DNA from: a virus | Taxonomy: Duplodnaviria; Caudoviricetes | IMG/VR virus record: IMGVR_UViG_3300037461_000269 | Location: 1-36,855 of that record | Strand: one strand, 5' to 3' | Length of the DNA stretch: 36,855 nt | Part shown: in pieces, positions 25,070 through 35,201 of the stretch | Position numbering within the stretch: the first letter of the stretch is position 1 | How the letters are laid out: each line of letters opens with the position of its first letter | Made by a program: the position numbers and the translations under genes | The notes under the pieces: generated by a model | What the model was told of the DNA's origin: nothing | Seen by the model: only the letters and a program-made list of their open reading frames with translations | Databases searched by the model: none

Positions 25070-26050
25070 ATGCCTATATTTGATAAAAATCTTTTCACAG
25101 CGGACGATTTTAAACAGATTGAAAACGTCCTATATACTCCTCGCGAAGAAGAGATGCCCGCTCGTAGGCTCCTGAATATAAACAGGAATTACGACGACTT
25201 CGCAAGGGAAATCGGATTCGATTACTATCAGCGCGAAGGCTCCGCAAGGATTCTCGCCGGTGGCGCATCCGCGAAGGACGTTCCATTCGTCGGAGAGAAG
25301 GGCGGCAGGGTAACAAACCTGGTATATGATATCGCAACCGGTATCAGATATACCGAAGCCGAAAGAAAAGCCATGCTTGCAAAACAGGCACTTGGCAAAG
25401 GCCCGGGGACGCAGATTGACACGCTCCGCGTATCTTCCGCAAGGCGTTTTATTCTCGAAAGGGAAAACATCGCCACGTTCCTCGGCGCAACTGGCCTGTC
25501 AAGCGGCGGTACGAATTACAGCATTAAAGGTTTGCTTGATTCCAGCTTTTACGGGACTGACCTCGGAACCAAAGAAAACGTCGCGACAGGAGCGGCAGGA
25601 ACAGGCGACGCAGAGAAAAGGCTATGGGCAAACAAGACCACGGCTGAAATTTTGACTGACCTTCATACTGCAATGTCAACCGTAGAGGGAGACGGCCTTT
25701 TTAAGGCACGCGCACTAGTGCTTGACCCTGCAAGTTTTAATCTTCTCAGGAAGCCATATTCTGCATATGCTTTGCAGACTACCCTTGCATGGTTGCAGTC
25801 AGAAGGGATGTACTTCGATACTATCATAACGACCCGCGCCATGAGGGCCGGAAATAATGGCGACACCGTCAATTACTTCATGGTTCTTGATAATGACCCG
25901 GAAGTCGTCGAACTCGCGCTGACGTATGATATAACCCTGGGCAACCCGGTTTATGACATACTGAATACGATGGAGCAGGCGGTCATCGAAGGATACGGCG
26001 GCGTATTGTTCAGGCATCCCGCCGGTTGCTATGTCGGTAAAGGGATTTAA
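25070..26050 (+). CDS. Major capsid protein (DUF2184 type, HK97 fold)
   Basis: FKQIENVLY, ENIATFLG, WANKTTAEILTDL, C-terminal GGVLFRHPAGCYVGKGI. Confidence 0.9.
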   Translation: MPIFDKNLFTADDFKQIENVLYTPREEEMPARRLLNINRNYDDFAREIGFDYYQREGSARILAGGASAKDVPFVGEKGGRVTNLVYDIATGIRYTEAERKAMLAKQALGKGPGTQIDTLRVSSARRFILERENIATFLGATGLSSGGTNYSIKGLLDSSFYGTDLGTKENVATGAAGTGDAEKRLWANKTTAEILTDLHTAMSTVEGDGLFKARALVLDPASFNLLRKPYSAYALQTTLAWLQSEGMYFDTIITTRAMRAGNNGDTVNYFMVLDNDPEVVELALTYDITLGNPVYDILNTMEQAVIEGYGGVLFRHPAGCYVGKGI

Positions 26051-26062
26051 CGGATAGAAATC

Positions 26063-26401
26063 ATGTCAGCGGCCACCACTGATGATATGATTGCAATGTT
26101 GCCGGAGTTGACGACAGTTAGCTCCGGCACTATTGCGCTTTATCTTGATGATGCCGCACTCAGAATACAAGATGTTGACGAGTCGGACGCGGGATATGGG
26201 GCATTGCACCGCTACATGGCCGCGCACCTGCTCGCGGTAAACAATATTATTCGCGGGGAAATCACATCGGAAAGAGTCGCGGACGTGGGCGTGGGATACG
26301 CAAACGCGGCACAAACACCCGGCGGATATGCCGATAAATGGGAGCGCGCTTATTATCAGTTGCTTTCAAATTATTTCGGCCCGGATGAAAGGATATCATG
26401 A
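26063..26401 (+). CDS. Head-tail adaptor (DUF4054-like)
   Basis: PEL...YMAAHLL...SERVADVGVGY; follows MCP. Confidence 0.8.
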   Translation: MSAATTDDMIAMLPELTTVSSGTIALYLDDAALRIQDVDESDAGYGALHRYMAAHLLAVNNIIRGEITSERVADVGVGYANAAQTPGGYADKWERAYYQLLSNYFGPDERIS

Positions 26402-26931
26402 TTGTACGAGATATCGATTATTCACAAAAAATATTGAATGAGATTGCAAAGCTAAAAAATACCGAGATAAGAATCGGTTTTTTTGGCGATAAAGACGCGC
26501 ACATGGTTATGGTTGCGGCGGTTAATGAATTCGGAGCCTTCATTTCTGTGGACAGCGAAAAAAGAAAAAAAGCACTCGCATATCTATTCGCTAAAATGAA
26601 AGAAGCGGGAATATCAGTAAAGAAGGGTGCAGGAAATGGAAGCAAGGCAATAACTATTCCAGAACGTCCGTTTTTCCGTAATGCGATGGACGATGAAAAT
26701 AACGGCAAGGCCGCAATTGCAAAGGGCGTCGAAGCATATAATAAAACAGGGGATTTTATGTCAATCCCGTATGCAATCGGTTCGTCGTTTGTTGCGGCTG
26801 TTCAGGCAAGTATAAGGTCGGGCATATCTCCGGCCAACCATCCATATACCGTGGCGGCGAAGGGGTCAAACAAGCCGCTTGTTGATTCTGGACGGCTCGG
26901 GCAGAGTGTTATTTTCAAGGTGATAACATGA
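26398..26931 (+). CDS. Neck / virion morphogenesis protein
   Basis: AAVNEFGA, IPERPFFR, NHPYTVAAKGSNKPLVDSGRL. Confidence 0.82.
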   Translation: MIVRDIDYSQKILNEIAKLKNTEIRIGFFGDKDAHMVMVAAVNEFGAFISVDSEKRKKALAYLFAKMKEAGISVKKGAGNGSKAITIPERPFFRNAMDDENNGKAAIAKGVEAYNKTGDFMSIPYAIGSSFVAAVQASIRSGISPANHPYTVAAKGSNKPLVDSGRLGQSVIFKVIT

Positions 26932-27293
26932 GCATATTGAACGCCGCCCGCGCTATTGACCGATTCATGATTGATCATAATTATTATGAGATATCTCAGG
27001 AATACATAGACGGCGAAAACGTCGAAACCTATCCCGTCAGCGGAACGCGTAAAATGGCGGGTTTTCAGATGACAGCAGAGTCGTTGAAATATCTTCCCGA
27101 GGGCGCGTATAACGGACAGGATTTTAAATTCTACGACAAGGAAATTGACGCGCTTATCCCGGAAAGGTCAATCATCGAACGCGCAAATGGAGACCGGTTC
27201 AGAGTCAAGGACATTTCGGATAGGACATTCGAGGGCGGATTCAATGCCTATCTGACAAAAAAAATCCAGGTGAATGATGGTTCCACTGACTGA
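26928..27293 (+). CDS. Head closure / head-tail joining protein
   Basis: LKYLPEG motif; synteny. Confidence 0.7.
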   Translation: MSILNAARAIDRFMIDHNYYEISQEYIDGENVETYPVSGTRKMAGFQMTAESLKYLPEGAYNGQDFKFYDKEIDALIPERSIIERANGDRFRVKDISDRTFEGGFNAYLTKKIQVNDGSTD

Positions 27294-27861
27294 CATTAAA
27301 AATCTTTTTGCAGAATCCGGATTGCTAATAGCCGCTGTCCGTGCGGTTTATCCTGATTTTAAATTGATACGCGCTAACCAGACTGGTGAGCCTCCGGCGT
27401 ATCCATACGGAACGTACCTGATAATGTCGGATTCAAACGAATCGTCGTATCAAAATATCAGAGTCGCGACTGTAAACGAAGATGACGACCAACTCGTAGA
27501 TGTCAAACGATATGAAAAAACTAAAATTAAAATCAGCCTGACATTTCTTGATAAAAATAAAACCGAACGTCCGTATGCAATAGCGGAATTGATTTTAAGA
27601 TGGATGAAGTCCACGGCGGGAAAAGAAGAATGTTTGAAAAACAATCTCGTTCCGATCCTGGTTAATCCTATGATACAGGATAGGACGGTTTTAAATGATG
27701 ATCTATACTGGGAAACAAGATGGGGATTCGATTTGAGATTTGATACATCTACCAGCACGACCGAAGAAATTGAAACCGTCGATTCAATTACGATGACTAC
27801 CGAGGTGAACGACGAGAATGAAGAGACGCATATTATAGATATGGCACCCGAAGGTGCTTAA
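27274..27861 (+). CDS. Tail terminator / neck protein
   Basis: IRANQTGEPPAYPYGTY, WETRWGFDLRF; directly before sheath. Confidence 0.75.
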   Translation: MMVPLTDIKNLFAESGLLIAAVRAVYPDFKLIRANQTGEPPAYPYGTYLIMSDSNESSYQNIRVATVNEDDDQLVDVKRYEKTKIKISLTFLDKNKTERPYAIAELILRWMKSTAGKEECLKNNLVPILVNPMIQDRTVLNDDLYWETRWGFDLRFDTSTSTTEEIETVDSITMTTEVNDENEETHIIDMAPEGA

Positions 27862-27882
27862 AATTATTACAGGGGTGAAAAA

Positions 27883-28917
27883 ATGGCGTATATAAACGAC
27901 ATAAGTATTCAGATCAGTTTAGCCACGCTTGCGCTGACTGAAAAATCTTTTGACCCGCTTATCCTAGGGATGAACGCGGTCGGGAAATCTGAAAAAATTT
28001 ACACGAACGCGCAGACGATATTAACCGACATGATATCGGACGGATTTTTAATAACCGATCCTGAATATCTTATGGCGGCGGCCCTCATGAGCCAGGATGT
28101 TCAGCCGGAAACGGTCAAGGTTTTAAGATGTCCGTCGTCTGGGACATACGTTGAGGCACTCGCGGAACTTCGAGGAACGGATGACGCTTTCTATGGCGTT
28201 ATGATTGATTCTCGAACCGTTGCCGACTTGCAGGCCGTCGGGGACTGGGCAGAATCGAATTATAAACTGTTCGTCGGATGTTGCGATGATCTTTCCGTAC
28301 TGACTGATAGGAACGGGACGCGCGAAGCGTATTTACTGCATACAACCCCGGAGGACTATCCCGAATGTGCATGGGTCGGGAAATGCCTTCCGAAACAGCC
28401 GGGGAGTGTTGACTGGAAATGGAAAGTCCTCACGGGTCAGAACGCGGCAGAATTCGGATCAACCGACCTATCAACAATAAGAACGAATCACGGACAGACC
28501 ATTCAAGAACAGGATGGAGTGAGTTTTACAAATGAGGGCATAACGACCAGCGGGACGTTTATCGATACGATTATCGGGCGCGACTGGGTACAGAACCAGA
28601 TGGAAATTGAACTGCTCGCACTCCTGTTAAAGAATGATAAAATCAGTCTTGACGATACGGGAATTGCGCAGATTGAAAGCGTGGTACGCGGAGTCCTGAA
28701 AAGGGCCGGGGATGCGGGGATAGTTGCGCGGGCCGTATCTGATGAAGACCTTCTCTTGTCAGATGACAAAAAGTATATGTTCCAGGTTACCGTTCCCAAA
28801 CGCGCCGACCTGTCATCGAATGACAGAGCATCCCGCGCGTTGACGGGCGTTAAATGGGTGTACTATGAGGCAGGCGGAATCCATACGCTGTCAATAACTG
28901 GCCTGATAACGGCTTAA
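27883..28917 (+). CDS. Tail sheath protein (DUF3383-like)
   Basis: PGSVDWKWKVLTG, GTFIDTIIGRDWV, KISLDDTGIAQI, DRASRAL...AGGIH. Confidence 0.9.
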   Translation: MAYINDISIQISLATLALTEKSFDPLILGMNAVGKSEKIYTNAQTILTDMISDGFLITDPEYLMAAALMSQDVQPETVKVLRCPSSGTYVEALAELRGTDDAFYGVMIDSRTVADLQAVGDWAESNYKLFVGCCDDLSVLTDRNGTREAYLLHTTPEDYPECAWVGKCLPKQPGSVDWKWKVLTGQNAAEFGSTDLSTIRTNHGQTIQEQDGVSFTNEGITTSGTFIDTIIGRDWVQNQMEIELLALLLKNDKISLDDTGIAQIESVVRGVLKRAGDAGIVARAVSDEDLLLSDDKKYMFQVTVPKRADLSSNDRASRALTGVKWVYYEAGGIHTLSITGLITA

Positions 28918-28932
28918 AGGGAGGAATAAAAA

Positions 28933-29346
28933 ATGGGTGTATTTTTAGGAACATACGATCCCGAAAAAGTCACAATGAATTTCGGGCCTTATACAATATC
29001 TGGATTCTCTGACGGTGATTTTATCAAAGCATCTCCAATGGATGCAGACCTTTACAAGATCCATGTCGGGGCGCACGGCGAAATGGCAAGAACGAAAAAT
29101 CCCAACAAGGTCGGGTTTATTACGTTCACGTTGAAAGCGACTTCGCCGTCAAACAAAATCCTTGATGCTATTAAAAACAGCGGAACGCCGGTTCCCGTGT
29201 TGATGAAAGACTCGTCTGACTCGGCGTTTATCGCAACCGCCGCTAATGCATGGGTCACAAAACAACCGGAGCATACGAGGGGAGTTGAAGAGTCAAAGGT
29301 CGAATGGGTCGTCGCTTGTGACGAACTGTTAATGTCAAATATCTAA
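28933..29346 (+). CDS. Tail tube protein (DUF3277-like)
   Basis: TYDPEKV...ISGFSDGDFI...VGAHGE...ITFTLKATSPSNKIL. Confidence 0.88.
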   Translation: MGVFLGTYDPEKVTMNFGPYTISGFSDGDFIKASPMDADLYKIHVGAHGEMARTKNPNKVGFITFTLKATSPSNKILDAIKNSGTPVPVLMKDSSDSAFIATAANAWVTKQPEHTRGVEESKVEWVVACDELLMSNI

Positions 29347-29361
29347 TCGGAGGTGGTGGCC

Positions 29362-29715
29362 GTGGACGTGGTTATAATCAACATCGTATTTTTTGGGAAA
29401 AAGTACAAGCTTCAGCATCCAGGCGGGCGCGAATGGTTAAGACTCAAGCAGACCATGTATAAACCCGCACTTGACCAGATGGATCTTGAATCGTTGCTTA
29501 ATTATTTTTTTGAACATTGCTGTTTCCCGGAAGAGGGAGAAAAATTAAGTCTGGATTCTTTTACGGGTACTCGGGATTCAATGCTGGAAATGGAGGCGTG
29601 GGGCCTTTTGGCTCCCCGGTTTTTTAGAGGGGACGTGGCCAATGGATACATCTTTCCGGAAAGTGAGAACGGTAAACAGCCTGGAGGACTTAAATCCGCT
29701 CGATCTGCGGAATGA
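29362..29715 (+). CDS. Tail assembly chaperone
   Basis: GGAGGT RBS before GTG 29362; KYKLQHPG motif; lies between tube and tape measure genes. Confidence 0.75.
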   Translation: MDVVIINIVFFGKKYKLQHPGGREWLRLKQTMYKPALDQMDLESLLNYFFEHCCFPEEGEKLSLDSFTGTRDSMLEMEAWGLLAPRFFRGDVANGYIFPESENGKQPGGLKSARSAE

Positions 29716-29866
29716 AGATATTTTTAAACACCGCGTTTTAGATAGCGCGGTTTTCTGGAAACCGGTTTTACATGGTCTGTTGACGTACACCGAGGCTAGG
29801 GGGATGCACCCTCAAGAATTGCGCGAAGCGTGCGCCGCGCTCGACATGAAGGGCAAGGATTTATAA
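29642..29866 (+). CDS. Second tail assembly chaperone ORF (overlapping, +1 frame)
   Basis: FWKPVLHGLLTYTEAR...ELREACAALD; stop abuts the tape measure ATG. Confidence 0.65.
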   Translation: MDTSFRKVRTVNSLEDLNPLDLRNEDIFKHRVLDSAVFWKPVLHGLLTYTEARGMHPQELREACAALDMKGKDL

Positions 29867-31324
29867 ATGGAAACCAACCTCCGCGAACTATACGCTTCTA
29901 TTAAATTCAGGGATGAAGCGTCGAAAGAAATCAACCGCGTTAAACAGTCGATGGACGGCGCACGAGAGGCCGCGCATGAACTGGTTGCGCTCGCCGGGGT
30001 CGGATTCGGCCTTGAAAAAATAAAAGACATTACGATTGAATCTTTAAAACTTGCCGCAAATCTTGAGTCACAGGATTTGAGATTAAAACACCTGTCCGAT
30101 GAATCGTATCCCGAATTAAAAAAATCAGTCGAAGAAGCCGTCGAAGCATCGAAGGGTATGGTGGATGAATCTTCAATGCTTGCCGCCGCAAATGCATCTC
30201 AAGAATTTGGCGCGTCGATGGAATTTGTACGGGATAATTTGTCGAATGTTCAAAAGCTCGCCGCCATAACCGGGAAAGACACTACAACCATGATGCAAAA
30301 ATTAACAATGGCCGCAGAATTTGGCGCGCCTAAAGCGTTGAAATCAATCCCGATTTTAAATAAACATATGGCCGAGTTTAAGAAATTATCTCAGATATCC
30401 GGAGAGGAAGGAAAACGACAACGCGAATTATGGATATCGAATATTTTATCGAAGGAACAGAATAAACTCGCTGCGGATTACAACGAAGTTTTAAATACAA
30501 ACGCGGCACGATTGCAGAAATTAAAAGTTGCATGGGAAGAAACAAAAGAGGCTTTCGGCGGGGCATTGTTCAAAGAATACGGTTCAATATTTGATACTAT
30601 CGACAGAATACGCGGACACATCCAAGCTTTTCAAAAAGAATTTAAGGATGTTGCGGTTATTCAGTTTTTTTCAGATTGGTTTGAGGGGGTGTCCACGTTA
30701 TTGAATCCATTGAAAGGCATTATTAAACTATATGATGCACTACTAATAGCGATTGAGGATGTGATGGCATTTACGCGCGGATGGGGATCGGTGACCGGGG
30801 ATAACATCGCAAAAATAAAAGGATTCCTTTCATCTTTCGGCGGATTTTGGAGGGAGTTATTTGTCAGCATGAAAAGTGCCGTTTACGATTTAATGTCCAG
30901 TGTCGTTGATTTGTTCGCATCTCTTCCGGGGAAAATTATAGATTCAATCCTGTCAATTCCGGCGCAAATAAGACAAAGCATTCCAGATATCCAGGGTGCT
31001 GCATCCGAAGTATGGAAAACAATCAAGGAAAATGTCGGGGTCAATCTTCCAGGGAAGGCGGGCGGCGGCGATGTCACAGCGGGCGAGCCGTACCTGGTAG
31101 GCGAAAAAGGGCCAGAGATATTCAGACCGTCATCTTCCGGTTCTATAACTCCAAATAATCAGATAGGCGGATCGATTAACATAGCGTCGATTGTCGGGTC
31201 AATGACGTTCAACGTCAATGGCGGAAGGGAAGCGGCGGCAGAGGTTGAATCTGCTGTCATGTCGGCGCTTGATAAAATCGGGCGTATGGATTTACGCGCC
31301 CAGTTGGGGATGTCGTTATCATGA
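29867..31324 (+). CDS. Tape measure protein (short, 485 aa)
   Basis: LRELYASIKF N-terminus, helical Ala/Lys-rich body, AGGGDVTAGEPYLVGEKGPEIFRP motif. Confidence 0.88.
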   Translation: METNLRELYASIKFRDEASKEINRVKQSMDGAREAAHELVALAGVGFGLEKIKDITIESLKLAANLESQDLRLKHLSDESYPELKKSVEEAVEASKGMVDESSMLAAANASQEFGASMEFVRDNLSNVQKLAAITGKDTTTMMQKLTMAAEFGAPKALKSIPILNKHMAEFKKLSQISGEEGKRQRELWISNILSKEQNKLAADYNEVLNTNAARLQKLKVAWEETKEAFGGALFKEYGSIFDTIDRIRGHIQAFQKEFKDVAVIQFFSDWFEGVSTLLNPLKGIIKLYDALLIAIEDVMAFTRGWGSVTGDNIAKIKGFLSSFGGFWRELFVSMKSAVYDLMSSVVDLFASLPGKIIDSILSIPAQIRQSIPDIQGAASEVWKTIKENVGVNLPGKAGGGDVTAGEPYLVGEKGPEIFRPSSSGSITPNNQIGGSINIASIVGSMTFNVNGGREAAAEVESAVMSALDKIGRMDLRAQLGMSLS

Positions 31325-31896
31325 GTTTAACCGGACTGACCAAAACATTATTCGGAGGCCGCGCTCATGCGTATTTGAGCGATGATATTGACGATGTACT
31401 TTTCAACGTCGTGACGGATGAATCGGTCACAGATGCGAACGATGTCACGCAACACGCTATTGAAGACGGGAGCGATGTTGAGGATCATGTCATAAGCAAG
31501 CCGCGCACATTCGCGGTCAATATTGTTTTATCTGATAATACCATCGATCTTCTTGATCCGATGTCGGTTATTAATAAATTCACAGCGACGATTAAAGACA
31601 GAATAGAAATACTGGATAACTGGCTTGCATTGAAAAAGGTATTAACCTATTACGCCATTGATGAGGATATAGAAGATGTTGTTATTCAGTCGCTCACCCG
31701 CAGGCGTTCGCTCGACCTCGGGACGGGCGCGGGATTTAATCTCGTTTTATCGCAGGTTAATATCGCGGATTCAGACGAGGTTAATGTCAAGGTCAAGACG
31801 GCTAAACCGGCAAATCCGAAAAGCAAAACAAAGGCCGGAGAAGTCAATCAATCGAAATGGAAGCAGACAGGAAGTTTAATACCGGCGGGTAAATAA
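31321..31896 (+). CDS. Baseplate / tail initiator (Dit-like) protein
   Basis: VTQHAIEDGSDVEDHVISKP. Confidence 0.8.
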   Translation: MSLTGLTKTLFGGRAHAYLSDDIDDVLFNVVTDESVTDANDVTQHAIEDGSDVEDHVISKPRTFAVNIVLSDNTIDLLDPMSVINKFTATIKDRIEILDNWLALKKVLTYYAIDEDIEDVVIQSLTRRRSLDLGTGAGFNLVLSQVNIADSDEVNVKVKTAKPANPKSKTKAGEVNQSKWKQTGSLIPAGK

Positions 31897-32246
31897 TGGC
31901 TGATTATCAATTTGACTATATCCCGATAACAAGCGCAGAGTGTCCGGTTTCTAAATATCTGGCGTTGAATAACGTCATTTATATTTTTGATTTTTCGTAT
32001 AACGCTTATTCCGATACAGTTTCAGTCGTCATAAAAGACGCGGACGAAAATATTCTTTATTCGTCAAGGTTGACGTATGGCGCGAATATAATAAACGCGG
32101 TTGTAAAAGACCTGGATTTATTTTATATTTTCGTTCCTGTTAATCTGGACGATCTTTTTACAGAATTGCAGATTGACGATTCGGTGGTGAACGCGGCAAA
32201 TTTAGGGGATACGGTTCAATTATACTACAATGGCCGAACTGTTTAA
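31896..32246 (+). CDS. Baseplate plug-like protein
   Basis: FDFSYNAYSD...RLTYG...NLGDTVQLY; synteny. Confidence 0.7.
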   Translation: MADYQFDYIPITSAECPVSKYLALNNVIYIFDFSYNAYSDTVSVVIKDADENILYSSRLTYGANIINAVVKDLDLFYIFVPVNLDDLFTELQIDDSVVNAANLGDTVQLYYNGRTV

Positions 32247-33039
32247 TAAAGTTTGCACTATGACAATTGGTGATTCGCCGGGGCGTGTTTTTAAATCCCC
32301 GCCGTTTTCTCTCGGCTTCGAGCAGAAAATAGCCGGGGGCGTTGCAAATGCAACGACGGCGCAATTATACAATCCGAATCCTGACACTATCGCGGCGGCG
32401 ACTCCCAAAAATGTCGGCGGTGTTATGAGAATGCCGCAGATAATCATCGACGCGGGATATGAAGATGAACATGGAGTTTGCATCCTCGGCCAGATATATG
32501 CTACCGAGGTAAAACGTCAGGGGTCAAACGTGATTCTCGAAATGAAAATATCAGAACAGACCGCGAAATGGACAGGCGCAATTATAAATAAAACCTATGT
32601 CAAGATGACGGCGACTGCTATTATTTATGCGATGCTCGGAGAGGTCGGAATCGCTCCGGGAAGTGTCAAGGTCGGGAAAGAAAAGACATATAAAACACCA
32701 TTTACAGCTGGGACTTTATCCTGGGCATTGCAACAGATTTGCAGGGATACGGATTCAACATTGTATTTTGGCGCGGGAGTGGTGACGATCCAACCGAAAA
32801 CTCCAGCGGGAACGAAGATGGCCGTTTTTTTAAATTCAGGAAGTGGCCTTTTAAATCGACCGGAAAAAACATCCATAGGTGTAAAATTCCAGACGCTTTT
32901 TTTATATAAACTCGGCGGCGGGTCGCTTGTGAAAATAGAATCTAAAACGATTAACGGATTATATTCCATCGTTGCCGGGTCGAAGAAATTTTCAACATTT
33001 CAAAATTCGGAATGTGATTTCGAGGCTGTGGCAGTATGA
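32230..33039 (+). CDS. Baseplate hub protein
   Basis: AQLYNPN, IDAGYE, LNSGSGLLNRPEK; synteny. Confidence 0.78.
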   Translation: MAELFNKVCTMTIGDSPGRVFKSPPFSLGFEQKIAGGVANATTAQLYNPNPDTIAAATPKNVGGVMRMPQIIIDAGYEDEHGVCILGQIYATEVKRQGSNVILEMKISEQTAKWTGAIINKTYVKMTATAIIYAMLGEVGIAPGSVKVGKEKTYKTPFTAGTLSWALQQICRDTDSTLYFGAGVVTIQPKTPAGTKMAVFLNSGSGLLNRPEKTSIGVKFQTLFLYKLGGGSLVKIESKTINGLYSIVAGSKKFSTFQNSECDFEAVAV

Positions 33040-33650
33040 ATTTTGCGGTATTTTTACAAGATTTTTTTCATGAGTTTGCACAGCGGATTCAGTTGGGGCT
33101 TCCGGCTAAAATAGTCAGATTTGATAAATCCAGAATGAGGGCAGATGTTGAATTTTATCTTCAATCCGAAAATGAAAAAGGAATTGCCGTAAACTATCCG
33201 ATTTTGTCAGATATTCCCGTTCAATATGTCAGCGCGGGCGGATATTATATCAGGCCGGATTATCAAAACGGCGATAAAGTCTGGGTGACGTTTTCGACTC
33301 ATGACATATCGGACGCGCTTTATAATGTCAAGAGTTTAGAGAGTGAAGGAATTTTCAATCTTAATAATGCCGTTGTATCCGGCGGAATCGCTGAAAATAA
33401 TTTCACTCCGCCGTCTGAATTTTCTTCCGAAGATGGACTTCTAATCGGAGAGAAAACAGGCAACTCATTTATGGTTTTTGGCAAGGATAGTATAAAAATG
33501 AAATTTTCAAAGGGCGGAATTACAACGACGTTTGACTCGACCGGAATAAAAACCGACGGCGATATTAAATGGATGGGCGGGTCACATTCAGGAACGTCGC
33601 ACGTTCATAGCGTAGTTGGGCCGATTGTCACAAGCCCGGCAGTGGGATAA
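33036..33650 (+). CDS. Baseplate spike (Gp138/gpV-like)
   Basis: LPAKIVRFD, LSDIPV, GDKVWVTF, C-terminal metal-binding HVH. Confidence 0.85.
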   Translation: MNFAVFLQDFFHEFAQRIQLGLPAKIVRFDKSRMRADVEFYLQSENEKGIAVNYPILSDIPVQYVSAGGYYIRPDYQNGDKVWVTFSTHDISDALYNVKSLESEGIFNLNNAVVSGGIAENNFTPPSEFSSEDGLLIGEKTGNSFMVFGKDSIKMKFSKGGITTTFDSTGIKTDGDIKWMGGSHSGTSHVHSVVGPIVTSPAVG

Positions 33651-33651
33651 T

Positions 33652-33996
33652 ATGAAACTAAAAACAATAAAGATAGTTGACAACGATATTTCAATCACGA
33701 CTGGCGCGACTGATTTATTGACTGACCTTGAAGCAATGGCGCAGATAATTAAAAACGAATTGCGGTTATGGTTGGGAAGTTGGTGGAAAGATACGACGCT
33801 CGGTCTTAACTGGCTGAATCTTTTAGAGGAAGGTGACACTGACCGGATTAAAATAGCGATGCTCCGCGTATTGCGAAAAGATCCACGAGTCGTCAAGGTT
33901 CAGAATCTAACGCTTGCAGTTGATAGGCAGACGCGGGCATGTACGGGATCGTTTATAATCCAGACAACAATCGGACAAATATCAGGGAGCATATAA
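33652..33996 (+). CDS. Baseplate wedge / sheath initiator (gpW/gp46-like)
   Basis: QIIKNELRLWLGSWWKDTTLGLNW. Confidence 0.8.
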   Translation: MKLKTIKIVDNDISITTGATDLLTDLEAMAQIIKNELRLWLGSWWKDTTLGLNWLNLLEEGDTDRIKIAMLRVLRKDPRVVKVQNLTLAVDRQTRACTGSFIIQTTIGQISGSI

Positions 33997-35201
33997 TGGC
34001 ATACGGGATAACAGATCAGGGATTCATTCTAAAAACCGAAACGGATATTTTAACCGAGATGACGGACGACGCGATGCTGGCCGAGAATTTCGGGCCGCTT
34101 CAGGACGTGTCAATTTACGATCCTATCGGACAGGTTTTAAATGTTGCGGCAAAGGCCCTCGCGGATGTCTGGGAAAATATCGAGGACGTTTATTATTCGT
34201 CATTTGTCGATACCGCGGTTGGTGTTTCCCTTGACAGGGTTCTCGCTCTCGGTGGATTCACTCGTCAGGCGGCGCAACCCGCTACGGTTACGATTACGTT
34301 TACGGGTACTCCGGGGACTGTTATAACCGCCGGAGATATCACAGCAAAAACCGCGCAGGATATAGAGTTTGAAAATGTTTATGAAGGAACGATTTCGGGC
34401 GGCGGTACGGTTGATATTATTTGCCGTGCAATTGTTGACGGCGCAGATGGACTTGTTCCGCCAAATACAATAAATATCGTATCGGCTTTTTCTGGGGTAA
34501 CGGCGGCGAATAATGAGCTTGCATCCAGAGGCGGGAAAGATATAGAGACGGATGCGGCTTTCAGATATCGTTATAAAACACGCGGGACAGCGGGCGGATC
34601 GAGCGTGCCGGCTATTATTTCCGCGCTGTCAAACGTGTACGGGGTGACGCGACTGAACGTGTACGAGAATCCAACTCATTTACTCGATTCACAGGGCCGG
34701 ATGCCGAATTCGATTGAGTGCGTTATTGCGGGGACTGCATCTGATGAAGATATCGCAAATTGTATTTACGGCGTGAAGGCGGCAGGGATTGAAAGTTTAG
34801 GCAGTGATAAAACCGTGACAATCACGGATTCAAACGGGGACACGCACCCGATAAAATGGACAGTACCGGAAGAGGCTCTCATAAATGTGCTTGTCAAGGT
34901 CAAGAAAAATTCCAAATGGGTCGATGCGAATGAAACACTCATAAAAACGCGAACGGTTCAGGTTATCGGCGGCGCGGACACTATCGGGTCAGTCGTTACT
35001 GATTATGACGGCCTTTTAGTCGGGACAAATATAGAGGCATGGCAAGTCATCGCTAATTTTGATGGAATCGATGGTATGGATGAGGTGGATGTCCTTGTGG
35101 CGTTCTCTCCGGTCATACCGACAACCTTAGAATTTTTAACGATGCCTTATAATCAATACGGGAGATGTGACACGGCGAATGTCACGATTGAATATGTATG
35201 A
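33996..35201 (+). CDS. Baseplate J / gp47 family protein
   Basis: MAYGITDQGF, AVGVSLD, GGKDIETDAAFRYR, VYEN...NSIECVI, KAAGI. Confidence 0.92.
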   Translation: MAYGITDQGFILKTETDILTEMTDDAMLAENFGPLQDVSIYDPIGQVLNVAAKALADVWENIEDVYYSSFVDTAVGVSLDRVLALGGFTRQAAQPATVTITFTGTPGTVITAGDITAKTAQDIEFENVYEGTISGGGTVDIICRAIVDGADGLVPPNTINIVSAFSGVTAANNELASRGGKDIETDAAFRYRYKTRGTAGGSSVPAIISALSNVYGVTRLNVYENPTHLLDSQGRMPNSIECVIAGTASDEDIANCIYGVKAAGIESLGSDKTVTITDSNGDTHPIKWTVPEEALINVLVKVKKNSKWVDANETLIKTRTVQVIGGADTIGSVVTDYDGLLVGTNIEAWQVIANFDGIDGMDEVDVLVAFSPVIPTTLEFLTMPYNQYGRCDTANVTIEYV

